NCBI GenBank assembly: GCA_963634795.1
Contig: CAVHDO010000002.1
Location: forward strand, 1 to 57,529
Source: Oscillospiraceae bacterium
GTDB taxonomy: Bacteria; Bacillota; Negativicutes; Veillonellales; Dialisteraceae
Length of the DNA: 57,529 nucleotides
Direction of reading: 5' to 3'
In this document: positions 30,061-40,365 of the stretch, one piece after another
Position numbering within the stretch: the first letter of the stretch is position 1
Layout of the letters: each line of letters opens with the position of its first letter
Notes under the pieces: model-generated
The model's input: the letters and a program-made list of their open reading frames with translations, nothing else
What the model was told of the DNA's origin: nothing
Database searches by the model: none
Made by a program: the position numbers and the translations under genes

Positions 30061-30267
30061 TCAGCGTTTCCTTAAGACGAAGAAACGAAACAGAAAAACG
30101 GAGCTGATGAATGGCTTCGTTTTTTTGTTGCGTAGAAAGATGCGGAAATGTTTGTACTTTTTGGGCGGATATGATAAAATAACTTTTGCAATTTGTATCC
30201 GAAGAGAAAATTTGATACACGGAGCCGTGAGATTCTGGCTTCGGAAAGCAAGGAGGAAATTTTTATT

Positions 30268-31791
30268 ATGAACGTAAAAATTGAAGCGATCGATCAGCAT
30301 AAAGTGAAAATGACGGTCGAAGTCGGGGCGGAAGAAGTTCAGAAAGCTTTTAAGCGTGCCGTTTCCGATGTTTCTTCGCGCATTAATTTGAAGGGCTTCC
30401 GCAAAGGAAAGGCGCCGCGCAAAATTCTGGAGATGTACATCGGCAAGGACAGCCTTGCGGGCGAAGCGGAAAATATCCTGATCAATGATACATGGGGTCG
30501 CGCGCTCGACAATGAAAAATTGACGCCGGTGACGCGTCCCGAAGTGGAAACGACGAAATTTTCCGAAACGGAAGGCGCTGTCTATACGGCGACGTTCGTG
30601 AAAGAACCGGAAGTCACGCTCGGCGAATACAAAGGATTGTCCGTGCCGCACGAACATCCGGAAATTTCCGACGAAGCGGTCATGGAGCAGCTTGCGGAAG
30701 CGGCGAAGCAGAATGCCCGTCTGGAAGTCGCGGAAGGGGCGAAGCTCGCGAAGGGCGATTATGCCATCATCGATTTCAAGGGAACGGTGGACGGAAAAGA
30801 ATTTGCCGGCGGCGAAGGCAAGACCTATCCGTTGGAAATCGGATCCGAATCCTTCATTCCGGGCTTTGAGGATCAGCTGATCGGTCACAAAGCGGGCGAT
30901 GACGTGACGGTGAAGGTGTCGTTCCCGGAAGATTATTTCGTGAAAGATTTGGCCGGAAAGGATGCGGAATTTGCGACGCATATCAGCGATGTGAAGCGTA
31001 AAGTCATTCCGGAAATGAATGATGATTTCGCGAAATCCGTTTCCAAGTACGATACGCTGGAAGAATTGAAAGAAAGCTTGAAGCAGCAGATGCAGCTCCG
31101 TGCGTTGCAGACGGCGGAAGAAGCGTACCACAATGCGCTCGTCGATTTGGCCGTTTCTAATGCGAAAGTCGATGTGCCGGCGGAAATGACCGAGGCGCGC
31201 ATCGACGAGATGATTGAGGAAATGAAACTCAATGTCGAAGCGGGCGAAGGCCATTTTGACGAATACTTGAAGGCGATTGGGAAGACGGAAGCGGATTTGC
31301 GGAAGGATTACAGAGAGGCGGCCGAGGAGACGGTGCGCCAGGGTCTCGTCCTTTCGGCGATTGCGAAAGCCGAGGATCTCAAGGTCACGAATCAGGATCT
31401 CAATATGGAAGTCTACAGCATGGCGCATCAATTTGGTGCGGATCCCAAGGATGTCGTCAAGATTATTCGTCAGGAAAATCGCTTGAATATGTTGATTGCT
31501 TCCGTGACGCGCAAGAAGGCGGCGGCTTATATTTACGGCGCAGCCAAGAGAGAGGAAGAAGCCAAAGAGGCACCGGCGGAAGAGCCGAAGGCAGAAGAAA
31601 AGGAAACGAAGCCGAAGGCGACGAAGGCGAAAGCAACCAAGGCGAAGGAAACAGCGCCGAAGGAAGAAAAGCCGAAGGCCGCCAAGCCGAAAGCGACCAA
31701 AGCGAAGGAAACCGAAGAAAAGAAAACCGACGCCAAGGAAACCAAGCCGAAGACGACAAGAGCGAAGAAGACAAAAACCGAAGCAGAATAA
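30268..31791 (+). CDS. tig: Trigger factor with an ~80-aa Lys/Ala/Glu/Thr-rich C-terminal extension
   Basis: ORF 30193..31791. ATG 30268 follows AAGGAGG. Ribosome-binding motif GFRKGKAPR, an FKBP-type PPIase segment ([15 protein letters not shown]), and a C-terminal arm domain. The tail lies at 31549..31788. Confidence 0.95.
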   Translation: MNVKIEAIDQHKVKMTVEVGAEEVQKAFKRAVSDVSSRINLKGFRKGKAPRKILEMYIGKDSLAGEAENILINDTWGRALDNEKLTPVTRPEVETTKFSETEGAVYTATFVKEPEVTLGEYKGLSVPHEHPEISDEAVMEQLAEAAKQNARLEVAEGAKLAKGDYAIIDFKGTVDGKEFAGGEGKTYPLEIGSESFIPGFEDQLIGHKAGDDVTVKVSFPEDYFVKDLAGKDAEFATHISDVKRKVIPEMNDDFAKSVSKYDTLEELKESLKQQMQLRALQTAEEAYHNALVDLAVSNAKVDVPAEMTEARIDEMIEEMKLNVEAGEGHFDEYLKAIGKTEADLRKDYREAAEETVRQGLVLSAIAKAEDLKVTNQDLNMEVYSMAHQFGADPKDVVKIIRQENRLNMLIASVTRKKAAAYIYGAAKREEEAKEAPAEEPKAEEKETKPKATKAKATKAKETAPKEEKPKAAKPKATKAKETEEKKTDAKETKPKTTRAKKTKTEAE

Positions 31792-31802
31792 GGATACAAT
31801 TC

Positions 31803-31866
31803 AAAACCGCTGCAGACTCGTTTTTCTGAATGCCACCGAAAATTCAGATCGGGGGCAGCGGTTTTT
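31803..31866 (+). terminator. Long hairpin terminator after tig
   Basis: aaaaccgctgc ... gcagcggtttt outer stem with inner ctgaa/ttcag pairing and a T-run. Confidence 0.7.
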
Positions 31867-31897
31867 CTTTTACCAAAGAAAGCGAAGGAGTGATTCG

Positions 31898-32497
31898 ATG
31901 GCGTATGTACCGATTGTTGTCGAGCAGACGGCGCGCGGGGAGCGTTCGTATGATATTTATTCCCGTCTTCTGAAAGATCGCATCATCTTTTTGGACGGGC
32001 CGATTGACGATCATTCCGCGAATGTCGTCATTGCGCAACTTTTGTTTTTGGAAGCGGAAAATCCGGACAAAGACATTCATCTCTACATCAACAGCCCCGG
32101 CGGCGTCGTCACGGCCGGACTGGCGATTTACGACACGATGCAATATATCCGACCCGATGTTTCCACCATTTGCATCGGTTCCTGTGCCAGCATGGCGGCG
32201 GTGCTCTTGACGAGCGGGGCGGCCGGGAAACGGTATGCGCTTCCGCATGCGAATGTCATGATTCATCAGCCGTTGGGCGGCGTGCAGGGGCAGGCGACGG
32301 AAATTGAGATCCACGCTCGCGAGATTTTGCGTTTGCGGGAAGAGTTGAACGGGATCCTGGCGCATCACAGCGGGAAACCGATCAAGACGATTGCACGCGA
32401 TACGGAACGCGATAATTTTATGACGGCCGAGCAGGCGCTTGACTACGGCCTCATTGATAAGATTTTGACCCGAAACGAACTTTCGGAAACGAAATAA
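31898..32497 (+). CDS. clpP: ATP-dependent Clp protease proteolytic subunit
   Basis: 199 aa. Sequence [23 protein letters not shown] (Ser), MIHQPLGG (His). Confidence 0.97.
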   Translation: MAYVPIVVEQTARGERSYDIYSRLLKDRIIFLDGPIDDHSANVVIAQLLFLEAENPDKDIHLYINSPGGVVTAGLAIYDTMQYIRPDVSTICIGSCASMAAVLLTSGAAGKRYALPHANVMIHQPLGGVQGQATEIEIHAREILRLREELNGILAHHSGKPIKTIARDTERDNFMTAEQALDYGLIDKILTRNELSETK

Positions 32498-32506
32498 GGA
32501 GGAGTC

Positions 32507-33745
32507 GTGGCAGATCAGAAGGGAAACAAGCCTCAGGTTTGCAGTTTTTGCGGACGCAGCGCCGATGAAGTCAAATTGATTTCCGGCCCCGGCGTTTACA
32601 TCTGCAATGAATGCGTGGAGGTTTGTCAAAATATTTTGCGGGAGGAAATGAAGCATGCTCCCATAAAGCAAGAATCGAAATTTCGTCTTCCGGTTCCTTC
32701 GGAAGTCAAAGCCCATTTGGATGAATACGTCATCGGGCAGGACGAGGCGAAAATCGCGCTGTCCGTCGCGGTGTACAATCATTACAAACGCATTCTGAGC
32801 GAGGATGAGGGCGGCGATGTGGAGCTCCAGAAGTCCAACATTGTGTTGCTGGGACCCACCGGTAGTGGGAAAACGCTCTTGGCGCAGACGCTGGCACGGT
32901 TTCTGAATGTTCCCTTCGCCATTGCCGATGCGACGAGTCTTACGGAAGCCGGCTATGTCGGAGAGGACGTGGAAAATATTTTGCTTCGCCTCATTCAGGC
33001 GGCGGATTATGACATGGAAAAGGCGGAGCGCGGCATTATTTATATCGACGAAATCGATAAGATTGCCAAGAAATCCGACAATCCGTCCATCACGCGCGAT
33101 GTGTCCGGCGAAGGGGTGCAGCAAGCGCTTCTGAAAATTTTGGAAGGCACCGTCGCTTCCGTGCCGCCGCAGGGTGGGCGTAAGCATCCGAATCAGGAAA
33201 TGCTACAGATTGACACGACGAATATTCTCTTCATTTGCGGCGGCGCTTTTGACGGGATTGATCGCGTGATTGAGCATCGCATGCAGAAATCGACGATTGG
33301 CTTCGGTTCGGATATTCGCCGGAAAGAAGAGAAACGTATGGGCGAAATTCTGCAGAAGGTGCAGCCGGAAGATTTGCTGAAATTCGGTCTCATTCCGGAA
33401 TTCATCGGACGCCTTCCCGTCGTCGTGACATTGCATCCGCTGGATGAAGCGGCGCTCGTGCGGATTTTGCAAGAGCCGAAAAATGCGCTTGTCAAGCAAT
33501 ACAAGAAATTGCTCTCCATGGACCATGTGGATCTGACTTTCGATGACGATGCGATTCAGGAAATCGCGAAGATGGCGATTGAGCGTAACACCGGCGCCCG
33601 CGGTCTTCGCGCCATCATCGAGAAGGCGATGCAAAAAGTCATGTATGAAGTGCCCGGTATGAAAGACATCGCCGGCTGCCGCGTGACGAAGGAATCCGTC
33701 ACGGAAGGGAAGCCGCCGATTTTGATCAAAAAAGAGGAAGCCTAA
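32507..33745 (+). CDS. clpX: ATP-dependent Clp protease ATP-binding subunit ClpX
   Basis: GTG start after AAGGAGG. Zn finger CSFCGR..CNEC, Walker A GPTGSGKT, and IYIDEIDK. Confidence 0.97.
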   Translation: MADQKGNKPQVCSFCGRSADEVKLISGPGVYICNECVEVCQNILREEMKHAPIKQESKFRLPVPSEVKAHLDEYVIGQDEAKIALSVAVYNHYKRILSEDEGGDVELQKSNIVLLGPTGSGKTLLAQTLARFLNVPFAIADATSLTEAGYVGEDVENILLRLIQAADYDMEKAERGIIYIDEIDKIAKKSDNPSITRDVSGEGVQQALLKILEGTVASVPPQGGRKHPNQEMLQIDTTNILFICGGAFDGIDRVIEHRMQKSTIGFGSDIRRKEEKRMGEILQKVQPEDLLKFGLIPEFIGRLPVVVTLHPLDEAALVRILQEPKNALVKQYKKLLSMDHVDLTFDDDAIQEIAKMAIERNTGARGLRAIIEKAMQKVMYEVPGMKDIAGCRVTKESVTEGKPPILIKKEEA

Positions 33746-33780
33746 TCGCTCTGCGAGGGCAATATCTTGCAATTCAAACA

Positions 33781-33811
33781 AAAGCTCCGAGGGGATTTTC
33801 TCGGAGTTTTT
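33781..33811 (+). terminator. Rho-independent terminator after clpX
   Basis: ctccga ggggattttc tcggag followed by T5. Confidence 0.75.
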
Positions 33812-33956
33812 GTTTTGTATGTTTTTTCTCCCGAGGGAAATATGGAACGGCAATGACGAAATTTTTCTTTCGGATGGTAGTTTGTGATATAATAAATTGA
33901 ATTTTTGTCTGAATTTTGAAAAGTTTTTATATGGGAAATTGACGGAGGACGGAAAG

Positions 33957-36272
33957 ATGGCAGAGAAGGAAATTTTGACATTGCCGCTTGTGGTGATGCG
34001 GGATGTCGTGATATATCCGCAGATGAACGTGAATTTTGAAGTCGGACGCGCAGAGTCGGTGGCGGCGATTCGCAAGGCTTCGGAGGGGGACGGCATTTTT
34101 GCGACGGTCTTGCAAAACGATCCGGAAACGGAGCACCCCACGCCGGATGATTTGCACAGCATCGGCACCGTGGTGAAAATTTCAAAATTGTCGCCGATGC
34201 CGGGCGGACATATGCGCGTCTTGGCGGAAGGGCTGTCGCGTGTGGAAGTTCGGTCGGCGAAAAGGCAGGACGGAATTTTTTATGCAACCGTTTCCAAAGT
34301 GGCGGAAATTTGCGGAGATCGGGTCAAAGCCGAAGCGTATCGCCGCGCGATTTTGGATCAATATTTCAAATGGATGGAAGCTGCGAAGAAAACTTTGCCG
34401 GAGGGAGCGGCGACGCAACTTCGGGAAATTGAAGATCCGGGGCAAGTGGCGGATTTCATCATCGCGCAGCTTCCGTTTTCACCGGAAAAACGCCAATCTA
34501 TTTTGGAGATGCTCGACGTGCAGGATCGTTTGGAGCAGGTGAAACAGCTGACGGATACGGCGCTGGAAATCACGGAAATCGAAACCAAGCTGAACGGAGA
34601 CGCGAGAAATTATATGTCCGAGGAGCAGAGGAAATATTTCTTGCGTTCCAAAATTCATTCCATTCGCGAGGAGCTCGGCGAAGAGGACGCGGACGAAGAA
34701 ATCGACGAGTATCGCGAAAAATTGGAAAAAGCCGGGTTACCGCAGGAGATTTACGAAAAAACGGCCAAAGAAATTTCGCGCTTGGATTCGATGGCGCCGG
34801 GGATCGCCGAGGCCAATGTGATTCGGACGTATTTGGACTGGATTTTTGATTTGCCGTGGAACGAGGAGACGGCGGACAATTTGGATTTGCATCGCGCGAA
34901 AAAAATGCTCGATGAAGACCATTTCGGATTGGAAAAAGTCAAGGATCGGATTTTGGAATATTTGGCCGTCAAAATTTTGGCGCCGAATGCCAAGGGAAAT
35001 ATTTTGTGCTTTGTGGGGCCGCCCGGCGTCGGGAAGACGAGTCTGGCGAAATCCATTGCGCGGGCGATGGGCCGGAAATTCGCAAGAATCTCTTTGGGCG
35101 GTATCACGGATGAGGCGGAGATTCGCGGACATCGGCGGACGTATGTCGGTGCCATGCCGGGGCGTTTCATTTCCGCAATGTCGCAGGCGAAATCCATGAA
35201 TCCCGTGATTTTGCTCGATGAAATCGACAAAGTCGGCGCAGATTTTCGAGGCGATCCCGCGTCGGCCCTCTTGGAAGCGCTGGATCCGGAGCAGAATAAA
35301 GCTTTCACGGACAATTATATGGACATGCCGTTTGATTTGTCGCAAGTGTTTTTCATTTGCACGGCCAATACGACGCAGACGATTCCGGAGCCGCTCCTGG
35401 ATCGCATGGAAATGATTTCTCTTCCGGGGTACACGGAGGAAGAAAAACTGGAAATTGCGCGGCAGTATTTGGTACCGCGCGAACGGGAGAAAAACGGATT
35501 GTCCGGTGATGTGCTTCGTTTCCCGAAAGGATTGCTGCAAATTCTCGTCAGAAATTATACGCGGGAAGCCGGGGTGCGGGAGTTGGAGCGTATCATCGGG
35601 AGTCTTTGCCGCAAGACGGCCAAGCAGGTGGTCATGCGCGAAGAGGGCGTGCCGCCGCTGTCGGCCAAAACGGTGGAAGCGTATTTGGGGCCGTATAAAT
35701 TTATCCGGTCGGCGGATTTGCACGAAAGCGCCGTGGGTCGCGTGAACGGATTGGCGTGGACGGCTGTCGGCGGCGAGGTGCTGGATGTGGAAGCGGTCGC
35801 GCTGAAAGGCAGCGGAAAACTGGAACTCACGGGGCAGCTGGGCGACGTGATGAAAGAATCGGCGCAAGCGGCCTATACGTACATCCGGAGCCGCGCGGAA
35901 ACCTTGGGGCTTTCCGATCATTTCTACGAAAAAGAAGATATTCATATTCATTTGCCGGAAGGCGCCATTCCCAAAGACGGGCCGTCGGCGGGCATTACGA
36001 TGGCGACGGCGATGGCTTCCGCTTTTACGGGTCGGAAAGTGCGGTCGGATTATGCGATGACGGGCGAAATCAACTTGTCGGGCGAAGTGCTTCCCATCGG
36101 CGGGTTGAAAGAAAAATCGCTCGCGGCGGCGCAGTTGGGAATTGAAAATATTTTGATCCCCGAAAAGAATGTGCGCGATTTGGAGGAAATTCCGAAAACG
36201 GTCCGCGATACGGTGCATTTCATTCCCGTCAAGCATATGGATGACGTCTTGGATCAAGTCTTGGAGGATTGA
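33957..36272 (+). CDS. lon: ATP-dependent protease La (Lon)
   Basis: ORF 33897..36272, ATG 33957. LON N-domain, GPPGVGKTS, and catalytic [12 protein letters not shown]. Confidence 0.97.
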   Translation: MAEKEILTLPLVVMRDVVIYPQMNVNFEVGRAESVAAIRKASEGDGIFATVLQNDPETEHPTPDDLHSIGTVVKISKLSPMPGGHMRVLAEGLSRVEVRSAKRQDGIFYATVSKVAEICGDRVKAEAYRRAILDQYFKWMEAAKKTLPEGAATQLREIEDPGQVADFIIAQLPFSPEKRQSILEMLDVQDRLEQVKQLTDTALEITEIETKLNGDARNYMSEEQRKYFLRSKIHSIREELGEEDADEEIDEYREKLEKAGLPQEIYEKTAKEISRLDSMAPGIAEANVIRTYLDWIFDLPWNEETADNLDLHRAKKMLDEDHFGLEKVKDRILEYLAVKILAPNAKGNILCFVGPPGVGKTSLAKSIARAMGRKFARISLGGITDEAEIRGHRRTYVGAMPGRFISAMSQAKSMNPVILLDEIDKVGADFRGDPASALLEALDPEQNKAFTDNYMDMPFDLSQVFFICTANTTQTIPEPLLDRMEMISLPGYTEEEKLEIARQYLVPREREKNGLSGDVLRFPKGLLQILVRNYTREAGVRELERIIGSLCRKTAKQVVMREEGVPPLSAKTVEAYLGPYKFIRSADLHESAVGRVNGLAWTAVGGEVLDVEAVALKGSGKLELTGQLGDVMKESAQAAYTYIRSRAETLGLSDHFYEKEDIHIHLPEGAIPKDGPSAGITMATAMASAFTGRKVRSDYAMTGEINLSGEVLPIGGLKEKSLAAAQLGIENILIPEKNVRDLEEIPKTVRDTVHFIPVKHMDDVLDQVLED

Positions 36273-36273
36273 A

Positions 36274-36921
36274 ATGGCAGAAATCAAAGACACCGGCGCG
36301 TTTCATATCGTCTCTTCCGCTTACGTCTGCTCGGCGGTGAATCGCGGTCAATATCCGAAAGAGGGACGGCCGGAAATCGCTTTCATCGGGCGTTCCAATG
36401 TGGGAAAATCGTCTCTCATCAATTCGCTTTGCGGAAAGCGGCGACTGGCACTCGTCAGCAAGGAACCGGGAAAGACGAGAACGATCAATTATTTCGCCAT
36501 TCAGTCGCGTCGGAAAATCGAGGACGGAGAAGAGTTGCGAAAAGATTGGTATCTGGTCGATTTGCCGGGCTACGGTTTCGCCAAAGCGACGCAAAAGAGC
36601 AAGGATTTGTGGTCGGATTTCATTGCGGATTATCTGAAGAAATCTCCGGATCTTCGGCTGATTTGTCTCTTGGTGGATTTGCGGCACCCGGGGCTGGCGA
36701 TTGACGAAGAAGCGTTCTCTTGGATACAGGCGATGCATCGGCCCGTGCAGATCATCGGGACGAAAGCGGATAAGCTCGGCTCGTCCGATACGATGAAAAA
36801 TGCGGCGGCGCTGAAAAAATTGTTTTTGACCGAGCGCGCACCGATTGTGTATTCTTCCTTAAACGGGAAAGGGCGGGAGGCATTGCTTTCCGTCGTGGAG
36901 GAGACGATTTGTGATGGATAA
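36274..36921 (+). CDS. engB: Ribosome-biogenesis GTPase EngB/YsxC
   Basis: ORF 36169..36921. ATG 36274 lies 1 nt after the lon stop. Sequence GRSNVGKSSLINSL, DLPGYG, TKADK. Confidence 0.93.
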   Translation: MAEIKDTGAFHIVSSAYVCSAVNRGQYPKEGRPEIAFIGRSNVGKSSLINSLCGKRRLALVSKEPGKTRTINYFAIQSRRKIEDGEELRKDWYLVDLPGYGFAKATQKSKDLWSDFIADYLKKSPDLRLICLLVDLRHPGLAIDEEAFSWIQAMHRPVQIIGTKADKLGSSDTMKNAAALKKLFLTERAPIVYSSLNGKGREALLSVVEETICDG

Positions 36922-37429
36922 TCGAAAGAAACTGTGCCTTTGTTTCTTATTGTCTGCTTTGTCGCTGTCGGCAGCGCAGGCTCCGACGGTATCGGCGTAC
37001 AATGTGATGGCGCCGAATTCTTTTGATGAGGCGGATACGAGGACGCGCGAATACAAAGCGGTCGTGCGGATGGTGCAAGCGGGAAAAGCGCCGAATTATA
37101 CCTATGACGACATCAAAATGCGCGGCCGAATCACGCGCTATGAGCTCACGACTTTTATCATCGATTTGCTCGACAACGGAAAAAATTTGGACGAACAGGA
37201 CAAAGCCGATTTGGAGAAAATCAAAGAAGAGTATGAGAGAGAGCTGGAAGCGCACGATTGGAAACCGAAAAGACTGCGGCGCGGCCCGAGCATCACGATT
37301 GACGGCGACGTGCGTTTGCGTCGGCAAAGCGACGGGGACACGGATGCGCGCGCCCGTGTGGGAGCGACGGTGAAAGTGTCCGACGACACGACGATTCGCG
37401 CCGAAAAAAGTGTGCCGAAAGAGAAATAA
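36911..37429 (+). CDS. Secreted 'mini-OmpM': degenerate SLH domain, coiled linker and first two barrel strands only
   Basis: 172 aa. The start overlaps the engB 3' end. Signal peptide ..LSLSAAQA. Colinear by eye with residues ~1-170 of the porin at 493..1809 (ITRYELTTFIIDLL vs ITRYEMAQIIARLM; ITIDGDVRLRRQ..ARARVGATVKVSDDTTI vs IVWTGDARMRYQ..GRIRINARATVNDTTY). Confidence 0.6.
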   Translation: MMDNRKKLCLCFLLSALSLSAAQAPTVSAYNVMAPNSFDEADTRTREYKAVVRMVQAGKAPNYTYDDIKMRGRITRYELTTFIIDLLDNGKNLDEQDKADLEKIKEEYERELEAHDWKPKRLRRGPSITIDGDVRLRRQSDGDTDARARVGATVKVSDDTTIRAEKSVPKEK

Positions 37430-37441
37430 AAATCAGGAAAG

Positions 37442-37472
37442 AAAGATGTTTCTTTGAGAGACATCTTTTTTT
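37442..37472 (+). terminator. Rho-independent terminator
   Basis: aaagatgt ttctttgagag acatcttt followed by a T-run. Confidence 0.75.
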
Positions 37473-37565
37473 GTGCGATCATTATACTTTTTACGAAATT
37501 TCTTGACTTGGCGTGCTATAATAAATCAACCTAATTTTTGATTCATTAAGAAGGGGGAATGGATT

Positions 37566-38402
37566 GTGAAGAAAAGTTTGAAATGGGTAGCGGCTGCGGC
37601 GGCAGGCGTGTTTGCACTCGGTTTCTTGACAGCTTGCGGCGGCGGAGATAAGAAAGAAGCGGCGGCCAAGCCGGCGGACGGCAAAGAAGTCACGCTGAAG
37701 ATTGGTGCGTCTCCCGTACCGCACGCGGAGATTTTGAATGCAGTCAAAGACAATCTCAAGAAAGACGGCGTGAATATCGAAGTTGTGGAATTCACCGATT
37801 ACGTCCAGCCGAATTTGGCGCTGGCGGAAAAAGAATTGGATGCCAATTATTTCCAGCATAAGCCGTATCTGGATCAGTTCTGCAAGGATCGCAATTTGAA
37901 ACTCGTGTCCGTGGCGAATGTTCATCTCGAACCGATGGCGGTCTATTCCGCGAAACACAAAGATCTCGCCGAATTGCCGGAAGGCGCGCATGTCGCGATT
38001 CCGAACGATCCGACGAACGGCGGCCGTGCGCTTCTCGTGCTTCAGGCTGCCGGCCTGATTAAGCTTCGTGACGGTGCTCCGATCACCGCGACGCCGCAGG
38101 ATATTGTGGAAAACAAGAAAAATCTGCAGTTCTCCGAATTGGAAGCGCCGCAGCTTCCGCGTTCGTTGGAAGATGCCGATATTTCCGTCATCAACATGAA
38201 TTTCGCTTTGGAAGCGAAGCTCGATCCGTCGAAGGCAGTCTACACGGAAGGCAAGGATTCCCCGTATGCGAATATCGTCGTCGTGCGTGAAGGCGATGAA
38301 AACCGTCCGGAAATCCAAAAGCTTGTGAAGGCGCTGCAGAGCGAGACCGTGAAGAAATTCTTGGAAGAAAAATACAAAGGCGCGATTGTCCCGAGCTTCT
38401 GA
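37566..38402 (+). CDS. metQ: MetQ/NlpA-family lipoprotein (methionine-type ABC substrate-binding protein), orphan
   Basis: GTG start after AAGGGGGAA. Lipobox FLTACGG. Sequence ..KIGASPVPHAEIL.., ANYFQHKPYL, PNDPTNGGRAL. No metN or metI is adjacent. Confidence 0.85.
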   Translation: MKKSLKWVAAAAAGVFALGFLTACGGGDKKEAAAKPADGKEVTLKIGASPVPHAEILNAVKDNLKKDGVNIEVVEFTDYVQPNLALAEKELDANYFQHKPYLDQFCKDRNLKLVSVANVHLEPMAVYSAKHKDLAELPEGAHVAIPNDPTNGGRALLVLQAAGLIKLRDGAPITATPQDIVENKKNLQFSELEAPQLPRSLEDADISVINMNFALEAKLDPSKAVYTEGKDSPYANIVVVREGDENRPEIQKLVKALQSETVKKFLEEKYKGAIVPSF

Positions 38403-38420
38403 TTGAAAAAATTTCAAATC

Positions 38421-38456
38421 AAAACCGATTGTCCCACAGTGGATGATCGGTTTTTT
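38421..38456 (+). terminator. Rho-independent terminator after metQ-like gene
   Basis: aaaaccgat ... atcggtttttt. Confidence 0.65.
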
Positions 38457-38460
38457 GCTT

Positions 38461-38621
38461 AGGAAGCGCTGATTAAATCGAAGAATCTTATTTTGCGGCA
38501 TAATTATGCAATGCTGCGTCAAAAGATTCCTTAAATAGCTCACTATTCGCGTCATCTTTTTCCTTGCCTTGCATAATTATGCTTTTCGCAAAATCAGATA
38601 ACGATTTAATCAGCGCTTCCT
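38461..38621. mobile_element. MITE-like element, copy A (161 bp, perfect 20-bp terminal inverted repeats)
   Basis: TIRs aggaagcgctgattaaatcg (38461..38480) and cgatttaatcagcgcttcct (38602..38621). Internal GCATAATTATGC palindromes occur twice. The reverse complement aligns with 48319..48477 at ~85-90% identity by eye. Confidence 0.8.
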
Positions 38622-38704
38622 TTACGAAAAATATCGCTTCCCGCTTTTCGTCATTTCGGATATAATACGAAAGAAATAAAACGGTTCCGTTGTGGGAGGT
38701 TGGC

Positions 38705-39952
38705 ATGGGCATGGCAAGAAATGAAAATGCGTGGGATACGCGAAAATGGATCGTGTATCTTCTTTGCGCGGCCGTATTCATTGCGCCGATTCACGACGTA
38801 TTTTTTTATGTGCCACTCTTTTTGGCGGCTGCATTTTCTTTGTATCGCCGTTTTCGTTTCGGAAACGAGTGGCGCTGCGGATCCCTTTGGCGTCCGGGAT
38901 TGCTGTTTATGGTTTGCTCTCTCATTTCGACGCATTTTGCCATCGATTGGCGTTTTTCTCTTTTCAATTGGTGTTTCTTGCCGCTGATGTATGCCTTGCT
39001 GTACGTCTTGCTCGTTTCGTATATGGAAACGGAGGAAGATCGGCGCGGCTTTTTGCGTGGGCTGTTTCTTTCTTTTCTGTGCGTTTTGATGTACGGGATT
39101 TTTCAATTTTTGGACATGTCGGACATGGCCGATGAAGCGGCGGCGCAGGGCTGGATTGATGCGAAACGCTTTCCGCTCTTGTATCGGCGGATGTATTCCA
39201 CGCTGGGAAATCCGAATTTGTACGCCGGGTATCTTCTCGTCGCGATTGGAATGATGACGTCGTTTTTCTTTTTTGCAAAACGTCGCGCGTTGCGAGTGGG
39301 GCTCGGGATTGCCGGCGCGGCGGCCGTGCTTTGTCTGCTTTTGACGTATTCGCGCGGCGCGTGGATGGCTTTTTTTGCGATGCTCGCCGTGTTGGCTATG
39401 GTGTACGATAAACGGTTTTGGTTGGTATTTCTTGCGGTGCCTGTCGTGCTTTTCTTCTATCAAGGGCAGCTCACGGAGCGGTTTCTTTCCATTTTTTCCG
39501 GAGAAGACACTTCGACGGCGCTCCGCTTTGCGCTGTGGGAAGTGACGGTCGCGATGATTCAGGAGCATTTGCTGACCGGTATCGGATGGGGCATTTATTT
39601 TGCGACTTATCCGTGGTACAATTTTTACATCCAGGATCCCACGGTGCTCATTTATCACGCGCACAATATGTATTTGTCCGTCACGGCGGAAGTCGGGATT
39701 CCCGGATCGATCGGATTTTTCTGGTTTTATTTCGGCCACGCGATGTTGGCTTTGCGTTTGTATCGAAAATCGCTTGCGCCGTTTTCGCGCGCTGTGGGTC
39801 TCGGGTTGCTGCTGGGAATCGTCGGCCTTTCCGTGTACGGCCTCGGCGATCATGTCCTTTTCAGCCGTGCGCTGTCCCTTGTCTTCTGGAGTTTGTGCGC
39901 ATTGGGAATGACTTGTTCTTTGTATGAAAAGAAAGGGAAATGGGCGGCGTGA
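38705..39952 (+). CDS. O-antigen ligase (WaaL/Wzy_C)-family membrane protein
   Basis: ORF 38690..39952. ATG 38705 follows GGGAGG. About 10-12 TM segments. Sequence LLLTYSRGAWMAF and a periplasmic loop with H..HNMYL typical of Wzy_C. Confidence 0.85.
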   Translation: MGMARNENAWDTRKWIVYLLCAAVFIAPIHDVFFYVPLFLAAAFSLYRRFRFGNEWRCGSLWRPGLLFMVCSLISTHFAIDWRFSLFNWCFLPLMYALLYVLLVSYMETEEDRRGFLRGLFLSFLCVLMYGIFQFLDMSDMADEAAAQGWIDAKRFPLLYRRMYSTLGNPNLYAGYLLVAIGMMTSFFFFAKRRALRVGLGIAGAAAVLCLLLTYSRGAWMAFFAMLAVLAMVYDKRFWLVFLAVPVVLFFYQGQLTERFLSIFSGEDTSTALRFALWEVTVAMIQEHLLTGIGWGIYFATYPWYNFYIQDPTVLIYHAHNMYLSVTAEVGIPGSIGFFWFYFGHAMLALRLYRKSLAPFSRAVGLGLLLGIVGLSVYGLGDHVLFSRALSLVFWSLCALGMTCSLYEKKGKWAA

Positions 39953-40147
39953 GGGAATGATTTTTTGGAAATCGGAAAGACGAGACGAAAAAAGTAGCGT
40001 ACGATGGAAATATTTTGAATTTTTGAGTTTGTCAATACGGAATTGAAAGATTTTTTAAGAATCTGTGATAGGATTTTTTTATAACGCGTATTAGAATTTT
40101 TGGGGCAGTGCAATTGACGAATAAAATGCTGATAAAAAATAAATTTG

Positions 40148-40156
40148 TGGTATAAT
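40148..40156 (+). promoter_or_regulatory. Extended -10 element (TGgTATAAT) upstream of the propionate operon
   Basis: tggtataat, read directly. No good -35 lies at 17 nt. This implies a ~200-nt leader before ATG 40366. Confidence 0.5.
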
Positions 40157-40365
40157 AGGGTAGTTTGAAAGGGCATGGAGCGAGAAAGCTCGGTCAATCG
40201 GCATCCTTGCTGATGGGAAATGCAGCCTCAAATATAACAGAAATACGGGGACGGATGCTCGTTTCGAGTGTGCGGCGCTTCGCCGCGTTTTGGAAAAGAC
40301 TCTGTGGTTTCAAACTGCGGGTTTTATAGTTTTTCATTTTATTTTGTTTAGGGAGGATGAAAGTA

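Noticed and set aside
38488-38781. 97-aa minus-strand ORF running through MITE copy A into the waaL promoter region. The 61-aa ORF at 48339..48524 in copy B is similar.
   Set aside because: The frame is not preserved between the two element copies (indels break it in copy B). It overlaps a promoter/RBS region and shows no motif.
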